DNA from: Octopus vulgaris
Lineage: Eukaryota
Direction of reading: 5' to 3'
Length of the DNA stretch: 64,000 nucleotides
NCBI GenBank assembly: GCA_951406725.2
Contig: CATOCA020000001.1
Coordinates: forward strand, 2,480,001 to 2,544,000
Below, one piece after another: positions 25,736 to 41,733 of the stretch; positions within the stretch are counted from its first letter, which is position 1, and each line of letters opens with the position of its first letter. A model generated the notes under the pieces. That model made no database searches. It had not been told where the DNA came from and was given only the letters and a program-made list of their open reading frames with translations. Made by a program: the position numbers and the translations under genes.

Positions 25736-26670
25736 ACACACACACATACAGACTTGGCAATGCTTGGGCAATGCTTGTGCACCGCCTTGAAGCGTTTTCG
25801 GCGGATTAACTGGATCTGATTATTTATTTTTTTGTAATCTGTCCTTATTCTTCCGTCCTCTATCAATGAAAGTTGCTTTCTGGAGACATAAACAAAGGCA
25901 ACACCGTGTCAGGCTGCGATCGTAGGATAAGGACACACCTAAACATGAAGACTCACACACACACACACGCACGCACGCACATACACACACACATATTAAG
26001 ACTTCTCTAGCTCCTAAATAAATGAAACGTGAGTGGTTAACGCCCATCTCTAACCTAAGGTAGACCAAATTTTTTCTTCATGTTTACACTCAACGTAAGG
26101 TCTTTAAATGTTTGCAGCCAGGCGACGAATTGGAAACAACGGATTTTCCTCAAAGACCTCAGGTCGCAAAACTTGGATGTGATAGTAGTGAGAGAAACCT
26201 GGCTGGGTGCAATTTGAAGCATTTCTCCCCTCCTTAAACTGCTACGAGAATTTTTTTCTCCTGTTCACCTTGGTGGTAAGGTGAGGTACACATTGTGGAG
26301 ACGTAACCAACCCCTAACACGTTTTTGTATTTTTTACGGAGAACCATGTTTTCGGTTATGGAGATACCGATTCAAAATTTCAATTGCACCCTCCATTCTT
26401 CATTTTTCGCTTTTCAAAATTTCTTTGGGGCAAAATAGGTGATAAAAAAAACGAGATCATGATTCTGGAAATTTTCCAAAATAAGATAAAAAAATCTGCA
26501 TCAACCCTCTCCCCTCCCGATTCTATGGGCTTCAAACAGGATATCCACATGCTAGAAAAAGCAGCAAATCGCACACAAACTGTTTTTGGAACATACGTAT
26601 ATACTCTGTATCGAACGCCTATGGGATATTCCTACACAATTGTACCCTTCAATTTTGCTTCACACACATG

Positions 26671-26723
<53 letters not shown>

Positions 26724-27145
26724 GTTCTTTACTGTTTTGTTCTTTACCGCATTTGGACAGGCAAACCGGCCGTAGGAGATATTTTTTGAAAGCCTTTTAT
26801 TTATTTAATCTCTCTCATTTTAACGAAACGCTAAGAGACGGGGTCGTAAAAACACAAGCATCGGTAATCAAGCGATGTTGCGGGGACACACACAGACACA
26901 CAAACATAAATACACACATACACACACACAAACACACACAAACCAACACACACACACAAACATACACACGTATATATATATATATATATAAATATACGAT
27001 GGGTTTTTTCAGTTTTCGTCTACCAAATCCACTCACAAGGCCTTGGTCGTCCTGAGGCTATAGTAGAAGTCACATGCCCAAGGTAGCACGCAGTGGGACT
27101 GAACCAGGAACCATGTCGTTCGTTAGCAAGCTAATTAACACACAC

Positions 27146-27202
<57 letters not shown>

Positions 27203-27787
27203 ATAATCATTTACAAAACAATTCTAAATTGCTTATAATCATGTTCATCATTTCCTTGATTGTCATCATTAACAAAGTAAATAACATCATCATTGTCATC
27301 ATCATCTAACATCCCTGTTATTTTCTGGCATGGGCTGGACAGGAACCAAGGACTGCACTGTGCACAGATCCGTTCCATGAATCGATCTCACTATCTCGAG
27401 AGTGTGAGCCTGACGATCTCACCACTGAGCCATGCACTTCCACAGAACGGAAGGAGAAAGAAAGAGAAAATGAAAAGAAGGAACTACAAGAGATAGATGA
27501 TAGTAACGAAGTGACTCCGTTGCCCCATGGGGTAAAATGCAAAGCATTCGATACAGAGGCTGTAATTATGTGCCCCAAAAAGTTCGCTCGAGGTATGGCT
27601 GTTATTTCTAGCATGTAGATAGCCTGGTTGAAAACCGTAGAATCGGGAGGTGAGGTTTATTTTTTTTCTTTTGAATAAATGTCATTTTACAAACAATGAC
27701 TTTTTTCAGAATCACTATCTCCAATCTTTTCTACGTATTTCACAAAAAAGTGGGAAGGGTGAGTTAAATCTGCGCCATATACGCCTA

Positions 27788-28038
<251 letters not shown>

Positions 28039-28652
28039 CACACACACTTATACATTTATAGCCTTGATTGTCATCATCAACAGAGTAAATAACATCATCA
28101 TCATTGTCGCCATCACCTAACATCCATGTTCCTTTCTGGCTTGGACTGGACAGGATCCAAGGACTGCACTGCGCTCAAATGTCTGCTTTGGTCTCCTATT
28201 TCTGGTTAGATGCCTTTCCTAACATCAACCAACTCACAGCATGGGCTCGGTGCTTTTATCATACTACCCGACTATTGAAGTTGCCATCTCAATCTGCTTC
28301 AACCTCCACCCCTCCCGATTCTACGGGCTTCAAACAGGATATCTACATGCTACAAAAAGCAGCCAAATCTCACACAAACTATTTTTGGCTCATACGTACA
28401 CAATCTGTATCGAATGCCTATGGGTTATTTCTACACAAATATGACCCTCGATTTTGCCTCCTTTTAACTGGAAGAAAGGTTCATATTTTTAGTAAAATTT
28501 TTGACATATTGTGTACATGCTGATTATATTGGAATTCTTTTAGAAAAAGTTTTATCCTAGAGGTGGGGAGAATTTCAAAAAATTCCAATATCGGCATTTT
28601 TTGGACTAAGAAAGCTTTGATGAAATAATGAAAGAAATATGCAATCAATCTA

Positions 28653-31600
28653 CTAAGTCCTCTGAATGTCCTGAAAGAAGGACTGCGCTTTGTTGCGAAG
28701 GAGCTTCAACGCTATGATCTTGACATTGTTGCTTTATCTGAGACAAAAACTTTCTTTCTACCATGCTTTGAAGGGCATTATAAGAAATATCCCTCGGGCA
28801 GACAAAGTCATCGTACTGGGTGACTTTAATGCTAGAGTGGGTAGGGATCTTAACACATGGACTGTAATTGGAAAGCATGGGGTGGGGAAGTGTAATAGTA
28901 ATGACATGCTTTTGCTGCACATGTGTGAAGAGCTGAGTCTGTGTGTTACCAATACCATGTTTCAACCAAAGAATAAGCTTAGGACTAAAGAATGGCATAT
29001 TCTGGATTACATCCTAGTTAGGGTGCGTGACAGACAGGATGTGCAGTGTGATCGTGTTCTTCGTGGAGCTGAGTGTTGGACTGACCACCGCCTAGTACGA
29101 CGTGCAACAGTGAAATTAGTCACAAAACATAAAATCCGAGCTGCAGGGATGATCCTGCCTAAAAGACTGAATGTTGGTATAATAGTGTGAAGAGAACTTT
29201 ACGAGAGGAAATGAATGCTGCAGATATTGGGGAAGATTGGCCGAACCTCAAAAAGTCAGTTTATGATATAGGCAGGAAAGTTCTGGGATTGATACAAAGA
29301 AAGCATCAAGATTGGTTCAAAGAAAATGATGAACATATAGATGATTTATTGGCTGATAAAAGGCGTACTTTGTCACGCTATTTGTCAGCAAAGTCACAGG
29401 AAAGGGAAGTGTTGCATAGGGAACTCAAGGACGTAAAATCACGTGTGAGGCAAAGGCTCTCTCAGATGAGGGATACGTGGTGGAGTAAGAAGGCTGACGA
29501 GATACAGGCGGCATGAGATTCCAATAACACAAAGTTGCTGTATGGTCTCTTGCGAGAAGTTTATGGACCGACGTCTTCCCTGATGACACCAATTCGAAGC
29601 AGGGATGGTAAAGAAGTTCTTCATGATTCACAAGGAATTCTGCGAAGGTGGCAAGAACACTTTGATGAACTTTTGAATCAACAGTCTGTAGTTAGTGAGG
29701 ATGTTCTCAATCTCATCCCTGGATTGCCTGTGAAGGCAGCACTCGCAGAACCACGAAAGTTGGAAGACGTTGCAATGGCTGTCTCAAGGTTGAATAATGG
29801 GAAGTCTCCGGGTATGGATGGCATACATGCGGAGTTGTTACAGTATGGTGGTGAGAAACTTCTGCAGAAACTTCACTCTTTGTTTGGTAAGATATGGACA
29901 AGTGAATCTGTACGAGGACTGGAGAGATACAGTAATGGTGGAAGGGAAAGGGCAGCAAGAATGATTGTGGTAATTATAGGAGAGTATCATTGCTGTCTGT
30001 TGTAGGAAAGGTTTTATGCATGGTACTTCTGGATCGTCTGCTGAAATCCGTTGCAGACTGTGTTCTTCAAGAAAGTCAATCTGGCTTTCGTGTGGGATGT
30101 GGCACTGCTGATATAATCTTTTCAGCTAGACAGCTTCAGGAGAAGTGTGGAACAGGGTCTGGATTTGTATCAGGTTTTTGTAGATCTGACAAAAGCCTTT
30201 GATACCGTCAATAGAAAAGCATTGTGGAAAGTCCTCCAGAAACGTGGGTGTCCTGAAAAGTTCCTTGCTTTGGTTAGGTCTTTTCATGAAGACATGAATG
30301 GTAGGGTGAATGTTAGAGGGAAAATGTCGGAGCCCATTGCAATACAAAATGGAAATAGGGGGATATCCTGGCACCGACCCTATTTGCCATATATCTTGCG
30401 ATGGTGTTCTGTATTGCATTCAGAAACTGCAGATACGGTGTTTACATCCATTATCGAACCTCTGGCAGCATATTTAATATCAGGCACTTTGCTGCGAAAA
30501 CAAATGCATTTACCTCTATCATGAGAGACCTTTTGTATGCAGATGATTGTGATCTAGTAGCACACACAGAGATTGGTATGCAACACATTTTTAATGCATT
30601 CTCTGATGCTTGCACTGCCTTAGGATTGACAGTGAATCTCAAGAAAACTGTTGTCATGCATCAATCTGCCCCTGGTAAGCAGTATAGTGTACCAAATATC
30701 TATGTGTATCTTAAACGACTTGATGTAGTTGATCAGTTTGTCTACCTGGGAAGCACTATTAATAGATATAGCAATTTGGATGATGAAATTCCACATAGAA
30801 TTAGGAAAGCAAGTGTTGCTTTCGGAAGGGTAGAAAAGCGCCTCTGGAGTCGGCGAGACATATGCAGAAAGACAAAGATAAAGGTGTACAAGGCATGTGT
30901 GCTCCCTTCTCTTCTCTATGCCTGCGAGACGTGAGTCACATATCGATACCACTTTAAACAACTGGAACGTTTCCATCAGATGTGTCTTAGACGGATCTAT
31001 GGCATTAAGTGGAAGGACCGCATCAGTGATCTTGAAATATTGGAAGGCTCTCGGTGTGAAAGTGTAGAAGAGCTCTTGTGTTAAAGCGAAGGCTCAGATG
31101 GAGTGGTCATCTGGTCAGGATGAAGGATTCAAGGATGCCAAAACAACTCTTTCATGGAGAGTTAGCTAAAGGAGAACAACCTCCACATAAACCAAAAGAG
31201 AGGTATAAGGACTTGCTGAAGGCTTCCTTAAAAGATGCTTGCATCTCTCCTGACACATGGGAAGGCATAGTTATTGATCGTAGCTGGGGAGAAGGATTGT
31301 GTACGAGGGGACAGCCACTTTTGAGAAATCTCGAGTGGCACATAAGAAAGTAAGGAGGGATGTCAGGAAGCGCATCGCTGATACACTTCCAGATGGGAAG
31401 GGTCTTCCTATGATGCTGACATGCAGTGTCTGTGCAAGACCCTGCCTCAGAAAAGCTGGACTCAAGAGTCATCTTCGTAGTCATAAAGCGAGAAAGATGA
31501 GTGACAACCTGGCCACTGGTGGTGGTGTAACACACCATACAAATAATATCTGCCGGGCATGCAAAAGAGAGTGTAATTCGGCAGGAGGACTTAAAAAACA

Positions 31601-31720
31601 TGCACAGGTACATGAAGCCCAGTTACAACTACAGCCGGCTATTACCGGTAAAGGTTTTAGTTGCCAATTCTGTACAAGACTGGGCTAAAAAGTCACATTC
31701 GATCACACCGCCAGTAACAG
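28653..31720 (+). mobile_element. RTE-clade LINE, second decayed copy retaining YADD and C-terminal C2H2 fingers
   Basis: Near-identical to 20050-22620. LLYADDCDL, FVYLGS, RLRWSGHLVRM; C2H2 fingers CSVC...HLRSH, CRAC...HAQVH and a broken CQFC...HIRSH. Confidence 0.92.
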
Positions 31721-31965
31721 TTAAGCTTGAAATATGTTACAAAAGGAAAATATAAAATACACGTGAAAATTTAAGGGGAGAATAAAAAAAATCAACGAAA
31801 ATGCACATTGTAAATAAAAAAAGAAAAAGCTTTTTATGAAAGGTAACGACAGATATATACTTTTAGATGGGATGAGGTAGTAATAAAAGTCATTATTACG
31901 AGATGATTAAAAAGTCAGAAAGCAAAGCATACCATGGTTTCGTCATAAGCTATTCGTTCCCCCGC

Positions 31966-32059
<94 letters not shown>

Positions 32060-32070
32060 ATATAACTACG

Positions 32071-32102
<32 letters not shown>

Positions 32103-32531
32103 TACATATGCAGTCAGATCTAGTCAAGTAATTTGCCTCATTTGTTTGTTAAATCTAGTTGGAACCGATAGATAAGAGAAAATCATTTGGTCATTATATT
32201 TGATTGACTGTAGTTGTTGATTTTTTCGTAGAAGCTATTGGCTTGAAGCAGGGTTAGGTGTTTATGTAGTTTTCTGATGGTAGTAGGGACAAACAGAGGC
32301 ACACAATCGTACACATATATACACTTCTGTACGACGGGCTTTTTTCAGTTTCCGATACGAAATCGAATCATAAGGATTTAGTCGACCCGGGACGATAGAA
32401 GAAAACACTTGTCTAAGCTGCCACGCGGTGGGACTGCACCAGGAACCGTGTGGTTGGTAAGCAGGCAACCCCCCACTGAGATATATTTACACACACACAC
32501 ACAATATATATATATATATATATATATTGAT

Positions 32532-32749
32532 AGGCGTAGGAATGGCTGTGTGATAAGTAGCTTCCCTACGAAACGCAGTGTTCTTGGTTCAGTCCCACTG
32601 CATGGTATCTTGGGCTAGTGTCTTCTACTATAGACTCGTGCCGACCAATCCTTGTGAGTGGAATTGATAGGCGGAGCATACACACACACACACACACACT
32701 CACACAAACATATATATATACATATATGTGTGTGTGTGGGGGGGGGGGC

Positions 32750-32803
<54 letters not shown>

Positions 32804-32975
32804 CACGTTTGTATGTCTGTTTATCCCTCCAACACCGCTTGACAACCAGTGCTGGTGTGTTCATGTCCCCGTAACTTAGCGTTTCGTCATAAGAGAAAAT
32901 AGATTAAATACTAGGCCTACAAAAAATAAGTATTGGGTTCGAATTTCGCGAATAAAGGCGCTGCTGCGGCATGGA
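32532..32975 (+). mobile_element. tRNA-derived SINE (family of 280-658); an oppositely oriented partial copy lies at 32332-32476
   Basis: GGCGTAGGAATGGCTGTGTGATAAG...GGTTCAGTCCCACTGC...CCCGTAACTTAGCG. Confidence 0.8.
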
Positions 32976-33039
<64 letters not shown>

Positions 33040-33277
33040 TATAACCTTCGTGAGCTGTCTAGAGTAAACATTATCTGAGAGAAATTTTCTTTAAGTAGTA
33101 GAAATGGCTAAAAAAATTTTTTGGGCTGCTATTTCTACTAAGTCCAGTATGTGGCAAAGTAATTTATTTTACTAAGCCCTAATTATATAATGTAATATTT
33201 TGAATTCGCCTTAAATGGTCCTTTTACATACTGAACACTTGGTGAAATTGATTAATTAATTTTACCCTCAATTGTTG

Positions 33278-33349
<72 letters not shown>

Positions 33350-33860
33350 CCGATAGTTTAAATACTAGGCCTACAAAGTATAAGTCCTGGTGTCGATTTG
33401 CACGAATAAAGGCATTGCTCCACCATGGCCGCAGTCAAATGATTGAAAAATTAAGTGTATAAAACAGAAAATAACCAGAAAAGTTTATATTCTCTTAACT
33501 ACATAATTAAGGGAGATAACTGAAAATCAACTTTTAGAGTTACTTCCCTTTACATATTAATAAAAGACATGACAGTTTAAGATGTAGGTGCGTTTGTTTT
33601 TCGCATGCGAAGGGCACGCTTGCATTCCTGCAAGAAGAGACAAACATACACATGCAAATTTTCTGCTGTTCACTTTAACAAATAAACATTATAATTTACA
33701 TTTAATTACACCCGAAAACTATGTAAAGTACTCACCCTATCCAGTACTACCCTTTGGACATGATCGGGTTTTCTTTTGTTTTAGATAGTATATATGCGTA
33801 TGTGGGTATAGACACGTCTATATGTATGAATGCATGCATTTATGTATATAAATATATATA

Positions 33861-33909
<49 letters not shown>

Positions 33910-33924
33910 AAACAAATCGCTTGC

Positions 33925-35368
33925 CGTGAATTACCGTCCAATCTCACTCACCTCTCATATCATTAAGGTATTTGAGAGAGTGCTGAGATCGCGTATGACT
34001 CACTTCCTTGAGAGTCATATGCTGAACTCCAACCAGCATGGATTCCGTAATGGAAGAGATTGCCTGACGCAGCTACTGCATCATTTTGATGTCATTTTGA
34101 GAGCCTTGGGAGAGGGCTCCAACACTGATGTCATCTTCCTTGATTTCAGCAAGGCCTTTGACAGGGTTGATCATAAGATCCTTTTGAGAAAGCTGTCCAA
34201 TATTGGTGTCACTGGAAAGCTGCTGCAGTGGATCAAGTGCTTCCTGTCTAACAGAACCCAACATGTTGTAGTCGAAGGAGTCAAATCCAGCCCAGCCAAA
34301 GTCAGCAGTGGTGTCCCACAAGGCACTGTGTTGGACCCACTTCTCTTCATCATCTACATTAATGATATTACTGACACCATCAAACACAATAACATCAGAA
34401 CTTTCGCTGATGATTCCAAGCTCCAGAAGGTCATCAATGGCGTGGATGACCGAATAAGCCTTCAGTCAGACCTACTGGCTGTTCTCCAATGGGCGGAAAA
34501 GAATAACATGTTACTAAACGAAGACAAATTCGAACTGATCCACTTTGGAAGGGAGGACGCTCTAAAACTCCCATACTCTCTTCCTTCTGGAGAAATTCTC
34601 ATGGCGTCTAACAACATCAGAGACTTGGGAGTAACAGTGGACAACAACATAAGCTGGGCTACACATATAAGCAGCAAAGTTGATATGGCCCGCAGAATGT
34701 GTTCCTGGATTCTCAGAACCTTCCAGTCGAGAGATTCCCACACCATTATCCTTCTCTTCTCCACTTTTGCCCGACCCCACCTTGAATACTGCTGTCCCAC
34801 TGTGGTCTCCCTACACAAAACAAAATATTATGAGAATTGAAGCTCCCCAAAGGTCAATCACAAAAAAGGTAGATGGCATGTCAGACCTTGACTACTGGGG
34901 TAGACTAGAGAAACTGAAACTGTATTCACTCCAACGACGCCGTGAACGCTACATTATCTGTATGATGTGGAAAATATTCCATCAGCACTGTCCGAATGAT
35001 GTTGGCATCACCTTCAAAATACCTCCAAGGCTTGGACCACGTGCCATCCGTCCACAACAAAAATCTAAATCGCATCACATAACAACAATATCATTCCATC
35101 TCAATTGGAACCGCTCTCTTCAACATTACACCAGGACACGTCAAAACAGAAACTGACCACACAAAATTCAAGAAGTCTTAGGACAAATTCCTTCAAACAG
35201 TCCCGGACAAACCACCCACACCCGGATATGTCTCCGCAAACAATAACTGTCTGCTCGAATGGGCCTTGGTGCCCAAATCCTGAATTGAAAGACTTCGCCA
35301 GGTGGTGCTATTAAGTTAGACATGGCCTGGGCCAATACTGGCCAAAACCTTTCTAAGTTATTCTAAGT

Positions 35369-35370
<2 letters not shown>
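33925..35370 (+). mobile_element. CR1/L2-group LINE, 5'-truncated (RT plus 3' UTR)
   Basis: NYRPISLTS, QHGFR, FLDFSKAFD, SGVPQGTVL, FADDSK, RDLGV, LQRRRERY. Ends in the short repeated tail CTAAGTTATTCTAAGTTA. Confidence 0.9.
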
Positions 35371-35453
<83 letters not shown>

Positions 35454-35562
35454 GTATGTATATATGTATGTATATATGTATGTATATATGTATGTATGTA
35501 TATATCTATATATATCTATATATATATGCATGCATATAACTATATATATATATGTATGTATA

Positions 35563-35615
<53 letters not shown>

Positions 35616-35758
35616 ATATATGTATGTATATATGTATTTATGTATATATGTATGTATATATATATATCTATATATATATACATGCATATAACTATATATA
35701 TATATACATACATACATACATACATACATGTATATATTTATGTATATATGTATGTATG

Positions 35759-35791
<33 letters not shown>

Positions 35792-36619
35792 ATATATATT
35801 TGTATGTATGAGTATAAGCGTATGTATGAGTATGTATGAGAAGGAGAAATTTTTTTTCAAGAATATTGTTTACTTTAATATTTGTGTCTTTGTGAAATAG
35901 ATGTTGGTTGGATTATGTTCTTCATTATCTTTGTATTAATGGCGGTGGAGAAGGATGGCGTTCCAGTGTCTTTTGTTTATTTGAACTCATAAAATTATGT
36001 GTAATTAAAATTACTTCATCAGTAAATGAAGGATTTAAAAATATCCTTCCTTCCCCCCATCCGCATCCACTCTAATACTCCAATATAAATATGTTTAATA
36101 GGTAATTCCAGCCTGAAGAATTCAATGTTATATAATAATGATAAGTCATTAAAGGCATCATTATGAAAACATATTCAAAATTTGGTTATTAATAACCAAA
36201 TAGTAGAAACCGATTGACAAGATGAGACATTTCAAATAGATTTTTTATAATGAACTGCTGTCAAATGTAAATAAAGGAAATGTTAACACAGGAGATAATG
36301 ACTGCGAACGATCTGCTAATTAAAGTGCAATTAGCAACATGGGTGATGGTTTAATTAGCAACACTCACTGGTAAGAAAAACAGGGATTACCTCCCCTTGC
36401 CTTTCAACTCCATCCAAGCATGTTCCATGCATTAAATACCTGCCAGTTGTTACTTGGGGATTCGACAGGATTGTTAGCGGATTGCTTAGAATGTATTGAA
36501 GTAGTCATTCTGGCATTCTGTGCCCTGAGTTCAAATCCCATCAACGTCAACTTTGCTTTTTCATTCTTTCAATACAACATCAGGTACTGAAAGGAATACA
36601 TCATTATATTTTGCACTCT

Positions 36620-36695
<76 letters not shown>

Positions 36696-37387
36696 TTGAA
36701 AGATTTCCACTGTGGTTTGACAGAGAGATGGGTTAGCTACATCATGTTTTAAATACCCAAATATGAGTGTGAGGAAGGCATCCTTAGGATTCTGACAACA
36801 TATGATGACTGAAGACAGGGAATGGATATGAATAGACCCCCTCATCAATAGATATACCCAATACTCAATCCTATTGAACAACCACAGTTATCTGTGGTAG
36901 TAGTAAGTACATCAGATAAAAATGCTATCTGATGCGTCTACTGAAAATCTAAGCAGGGTCCTGTCAAACTGTTCCTGTCTATTTATTTGCACAAGCTAAT
37001 AATGAACCAATGAGAGATCGTGTATGTGGTGGTTAGGTCTGTTAGATGTAGCAGCCACATCTGCCTCGTATCTTAAAACAAGGACATGTGAACTCACATG
37101 GTTATATGGTCATTGCAAATAGGAAAAAGACAGGATGGTCACAGCTAGAATGCTATTGATCTCAGGCCTGCACAGTCAGGGTTGACCAAGGGCTAAGCAA
37201 TAAATTTGTTCACAAGGGATGTATGTATGTTTATCCCTCCAACACCGAATGACAACCGGTGCTATTGTGTTCATGTCCCCGTAACTTAGCATTTCGTCAA
37301 AAAGAGAAAGATAGATTAAATACTAGGCCCACAAAGAATAAGTCCTGGTTTCGATTTTCTCGAATAAAGGTGCTGCTGCGGTATGGA

Positions 37388-37467
<80 letters not shown>

Positions 37468-37563
37468 CCGATAGTTTAAATACTAGGCCCACAAAGTATA
37501 AGTCCTGGTGTCGATTTACACGAATAAAGGTGCTGCTGCGGCATGGAATACATATATATATAC

Positions 37564-37617
<54 letters not shown>

Positions 37618-38111
37618 CCGATAGTTTAAATACTAGGCCTACAAAGTATAAGTCCTGGTGTCGATTTACACGAATAAAGGCATTGCTCCACCATGGCCGC
37701 AGTCAAATGATTGAAAAATGAAGTGTATAAAACAGAAAATAACCAGAAAAGTTTATATTCTCTTAACTACGTAATTAAGGGAGATAACTGAAAATCAACT
37801 TTTAGAGTTACTTCCCTTTAAATATTAATAAAAGACATGACAGTTTAAGATGTAGGTGCGTTTCTTTTTCGCATGCGAAGGGCACGCTTGCATTCCTGCA
37901 AGAAGAGACAAACATACACATGCAAATTTTCTGCTGTTCACTTTAACAAATAAACATTATAATTTACATTTAATTACACCGAAAACTATGTAAAGTACTC
38001 ACCCTATCCAGTACTACCCTTTGGACATGATCGGGTTTTCTTTTGTTTTAGATAGTATATATGCGTATGTGGGTATAGACACGTCTATATGTATGAATGC
38101 ATGCATTTATG

Positions 38112-38158
<47 letters not shown>

Positions 38159-38182
38159 ATATGTATGAAACAAATCGCTTGC

Positions 38183-39636
38183 CGTGAATTACCGTCCAAT
38201 CTCACTCACCTCTCATATCATTAAGGTATTTGAGAGAGTGCTGAGATCGCGTATGACTCACTTCCTTGAGAGTCATAATATACTGAACTCCAACCAGAAT
38301 GGATTCCGTAATGGAAGAGATTGCCTGACGCAGCTACTGCATCATTTTGATGTCCTTTTGAGAGCCTTGGGAGAGGGCTCCAACACTGATGTCATCTTCC
38401 TTGATTTCAGCAAGGCCTTTGACAGGGTTGATCATAAGATTCTTTTGAGAAAGCTGTCCAATATTGGTGTCACTGGAAAGCTGCTGCAGTGGATCAAGTG
38501 CTTCCTGTCTAACAGAACCCAACATGTTGTAGTCGAAGGAGTCAAATCCAGCCCAGCCAAAGTCAGCAGTGTTGTCCCACACGGCACTGTGTTGGACCCA
38601 CTTCTCTTCATCATCTACATTAATGATATTACTGACACCATCAAATACAATAACATCAGAACTTTCGCTGATGATTCCAAGCTCCAGAAGGTCATCAATG
38701 GCGTGGATGACCGAATAAGCCTTCAGTCAGACCTACTGGCTGTTCTCCAATGGGCGGAAAAGAATAACATGTTACTAAACGAAGACAAATTCGAACTGAT
38801 CCACTTTGGAAGGGAGGACGCTCTAAAACTCCCATACTCCCTTCCTTCTGGAGAAATTCTCATGGCGTCTAACAACATCAGAGACTTGGGAGTAACAGTG
38901 GACAACAACATAAGCTGGGCTACACATATAAGCAGCAAAGTTGATATGGCCCGCAGAATGTGTTCCTGGATTCTCAGAACCTTCCAGTCGAGATATTCCC
39001 ACACCATTATCCTTCTCTTCTCCACTTTTGCCCGACCCCACCTTGAATACTGCTGTCCACTGTGGTCTCTCTACACAAAACAAAATATTATGAGAATTGA
39101 AGCTCCCCAACGGTCAATCACAAAAAAGATAGATGGCATGTCAGACCTTGACTACTAGGGTAGACTAGTGAAACTGAAACTGTTTTCACTCCAACGACGC
39201 CGTGAACGCTACATTATATGTATGATGTGGAAAATATTCCATCAGCACTGTCCGAATGATGTTGGCATCACCTTCAAAATACATCCAAGGCTTAGACCAC
39301 GTGCCATCCGTCCACAACAAATATCTAAATCGCATCTCATAACAGCAATACGGCACAATCATTCCATCTCAATTGGAACCGCTCTCTTCAACATTACACC
39401 AGGACACGTCAAAACAGAAACTGACCACACAAAATTCAAGAAGTCTTTGGACAAATTCCTTCCAACAGAGCCGGTCAAACCATCCACACCAAGATATGTC
39501 TCCGCAAACAATAACTGTCAGCTCGAATGGGCCTTGGTGCCCAAATCCTGAATTGAAAGACTTCGCCAGGTGGTGCTATTAAGTTAGACATGGCCTGGGC
39601 CAATACTGGCCAAAACCTTTCTAAGTTATTCTAAGT

Positions 39637-39638
<2 letters not shown>
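38183..39638 (+). mobile_element. Duplicate of the CR1/L2-group LINE at 33925-35370
   Basis: Same 5' truncation point and same flanks; ORF 38184..39158. Confidence 0.9.
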
Positions 39639-39681
<43 letters not shown>

Positions 39682-39757
39682 ATATATGTATGTATATATG
39701 TATGTATATATGTGTCTATATATATATGCATGCATAATAACTATGTATATATGTATG

Positions 39758-39822
<65 letters not shown>

Positions 39823-39947
39823 ATATGTATGTATATATGTATTTATGTATATATGTATGTATGTATATATATATATCTATATATATATACATGCATATAA
39901 CTATATATATATACATACATACATACATGTATATATTTATGTATATT

Positions 39948-40732
39948 ATGGACAACAACGTAAGCATCGTGGACAACAACGTAAGCATTGTGGACAACAA
40001 CGTAAGCTGGGCCACTCATATAAACACCAAAGTTGACATGGCCCGCAGAATGTGTTCCTGGATTCTCAGAACTTTCCAGTCGAGAGAAATCCACACCATT
40101 ATCCTCCTCTTCTCTCCACTTTTGCCCGACCCCACCTTGAATACTGTTGTCCACTGTGGTCTCCCCACACAATACAAGGTATCATAAAAGTTGAAGCACC
40201 TCAAAGGGCAATCACAAAAAAGATAGATGGCATGACAGGCCTCGACTATTAGGGTCGACTAGAAAAGCTAAAACTCTATTCTCTCCAACGTCGTCGTGAG
40301 CGCTACATCATCTGCATGATGTGGAAAATTTTCCATCAGCATTGCCCAAATGATGTTGGCATCACCTTTAAGGTACATCCAAGGCTTGGGCCCCGTGCCA
40401 TCCGCTCAAAACAAAAATCGCACTCTCATCTCATAACAACAATACGGCACAATTATTTCACCTCAATTGGCCCCGCTCTCTTTAACATTACACCAAAACA
40501 CATTAAAACAGAAACTGACCCTATAGGGTTCAAGAAGTCTTTGGACAGATTCCTTCAAGAAATCCCGGATAAAGCCCCTACACCCGGATATGTCTCTGTA
40601 AACAATAACTCTCTACTTGAGTGGGCCATAGTGCCCAAATTCTGACTTGACAGACTTCACCAGGTGGTGCTATTAAGTTAGACATGGCCTGGGCCAATTA
40701 TGGCCGAAACCTATCAAAGTATCAAAGTAAGT
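39948..40732 (+). mobile_element. CR1/L2-group LINE 3' fragment of a sister subfamily
   Basis: Homologous to, but diverged from, 38898-39638. Tail TATCAAAGTATCAAAGTA. Absent from duplication copy 1. Confidence 0.85.
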
Positions 40733-40743
40733 ATACATGTATG

Positions 40744-40826
<83 letters not shown>

Positions 40827-41666
40827 ATATATATTTGTATGTATGAGTATAAGCGTATGTATCAGTATGTATGAGAAGGAGCAATTTTTTTTCAAGAATA
40901 TTGTTTACTTTAATATTTGTGTCTTTGTGAAATAGATGTTGGTTGGATTATGTTCTTCATTATCTTTGTATTAATGGCGGTGGAGAAGGATGGCGTTCCA
41001 GTGTCTTTTGTTTATTTTAACTCATAAAATTATGTATAATTAAAACTACTTCATCAGTAAATGAAGGATTTAAAAATATCCTTCCTTCCCCCATCCGCAT
41101 CCACTCTAATACTCCAATATAAATATCTTTTATAGGTAATTCCAGCCTGAAGAATTCAATGTTATATAATAATGATAAGTCATTAAAGGCATCATTATGA
41201 AAACATATTCAAAATTTGGTTATTAATAACCAAATAGTAGAAACCGATTGACAAGATGAGACATTTCAAATAGATTTTTTATAATGAACTGCTGTCAAAG
41301 GTAAATAAAGGAAATGTTAACACAGGAGATAATGACTGCGAACGATCTGCTAATTAAAGTGCAATTAGCAACATGGGTGATGGTTTAATTAGCAACACTC
41401 ACTGGTAAAGAAAAACAGGGATTACCTCCTCTTGCCATTCAACTCCATCCAAGCATGTTCCATGCATTAAATACCTGCCAGTTGTTACTTGGGGATTCGA
41501 CAGGATTGTTAGCGGATTGCTTAGAATGTATTGAAGTAGTCATTCTGGCATTCTGTGCCCTGAGTTCAAATCCCATCAACGCCAACTTTGCTTTTTCATT
41601 CTTTCAATACAACATCAGGTACTGAAAGGAATACATCATTATATTTTGCACTCTCTCATTCTCTCT

Positions 41667-41733
<67 letters not shown>

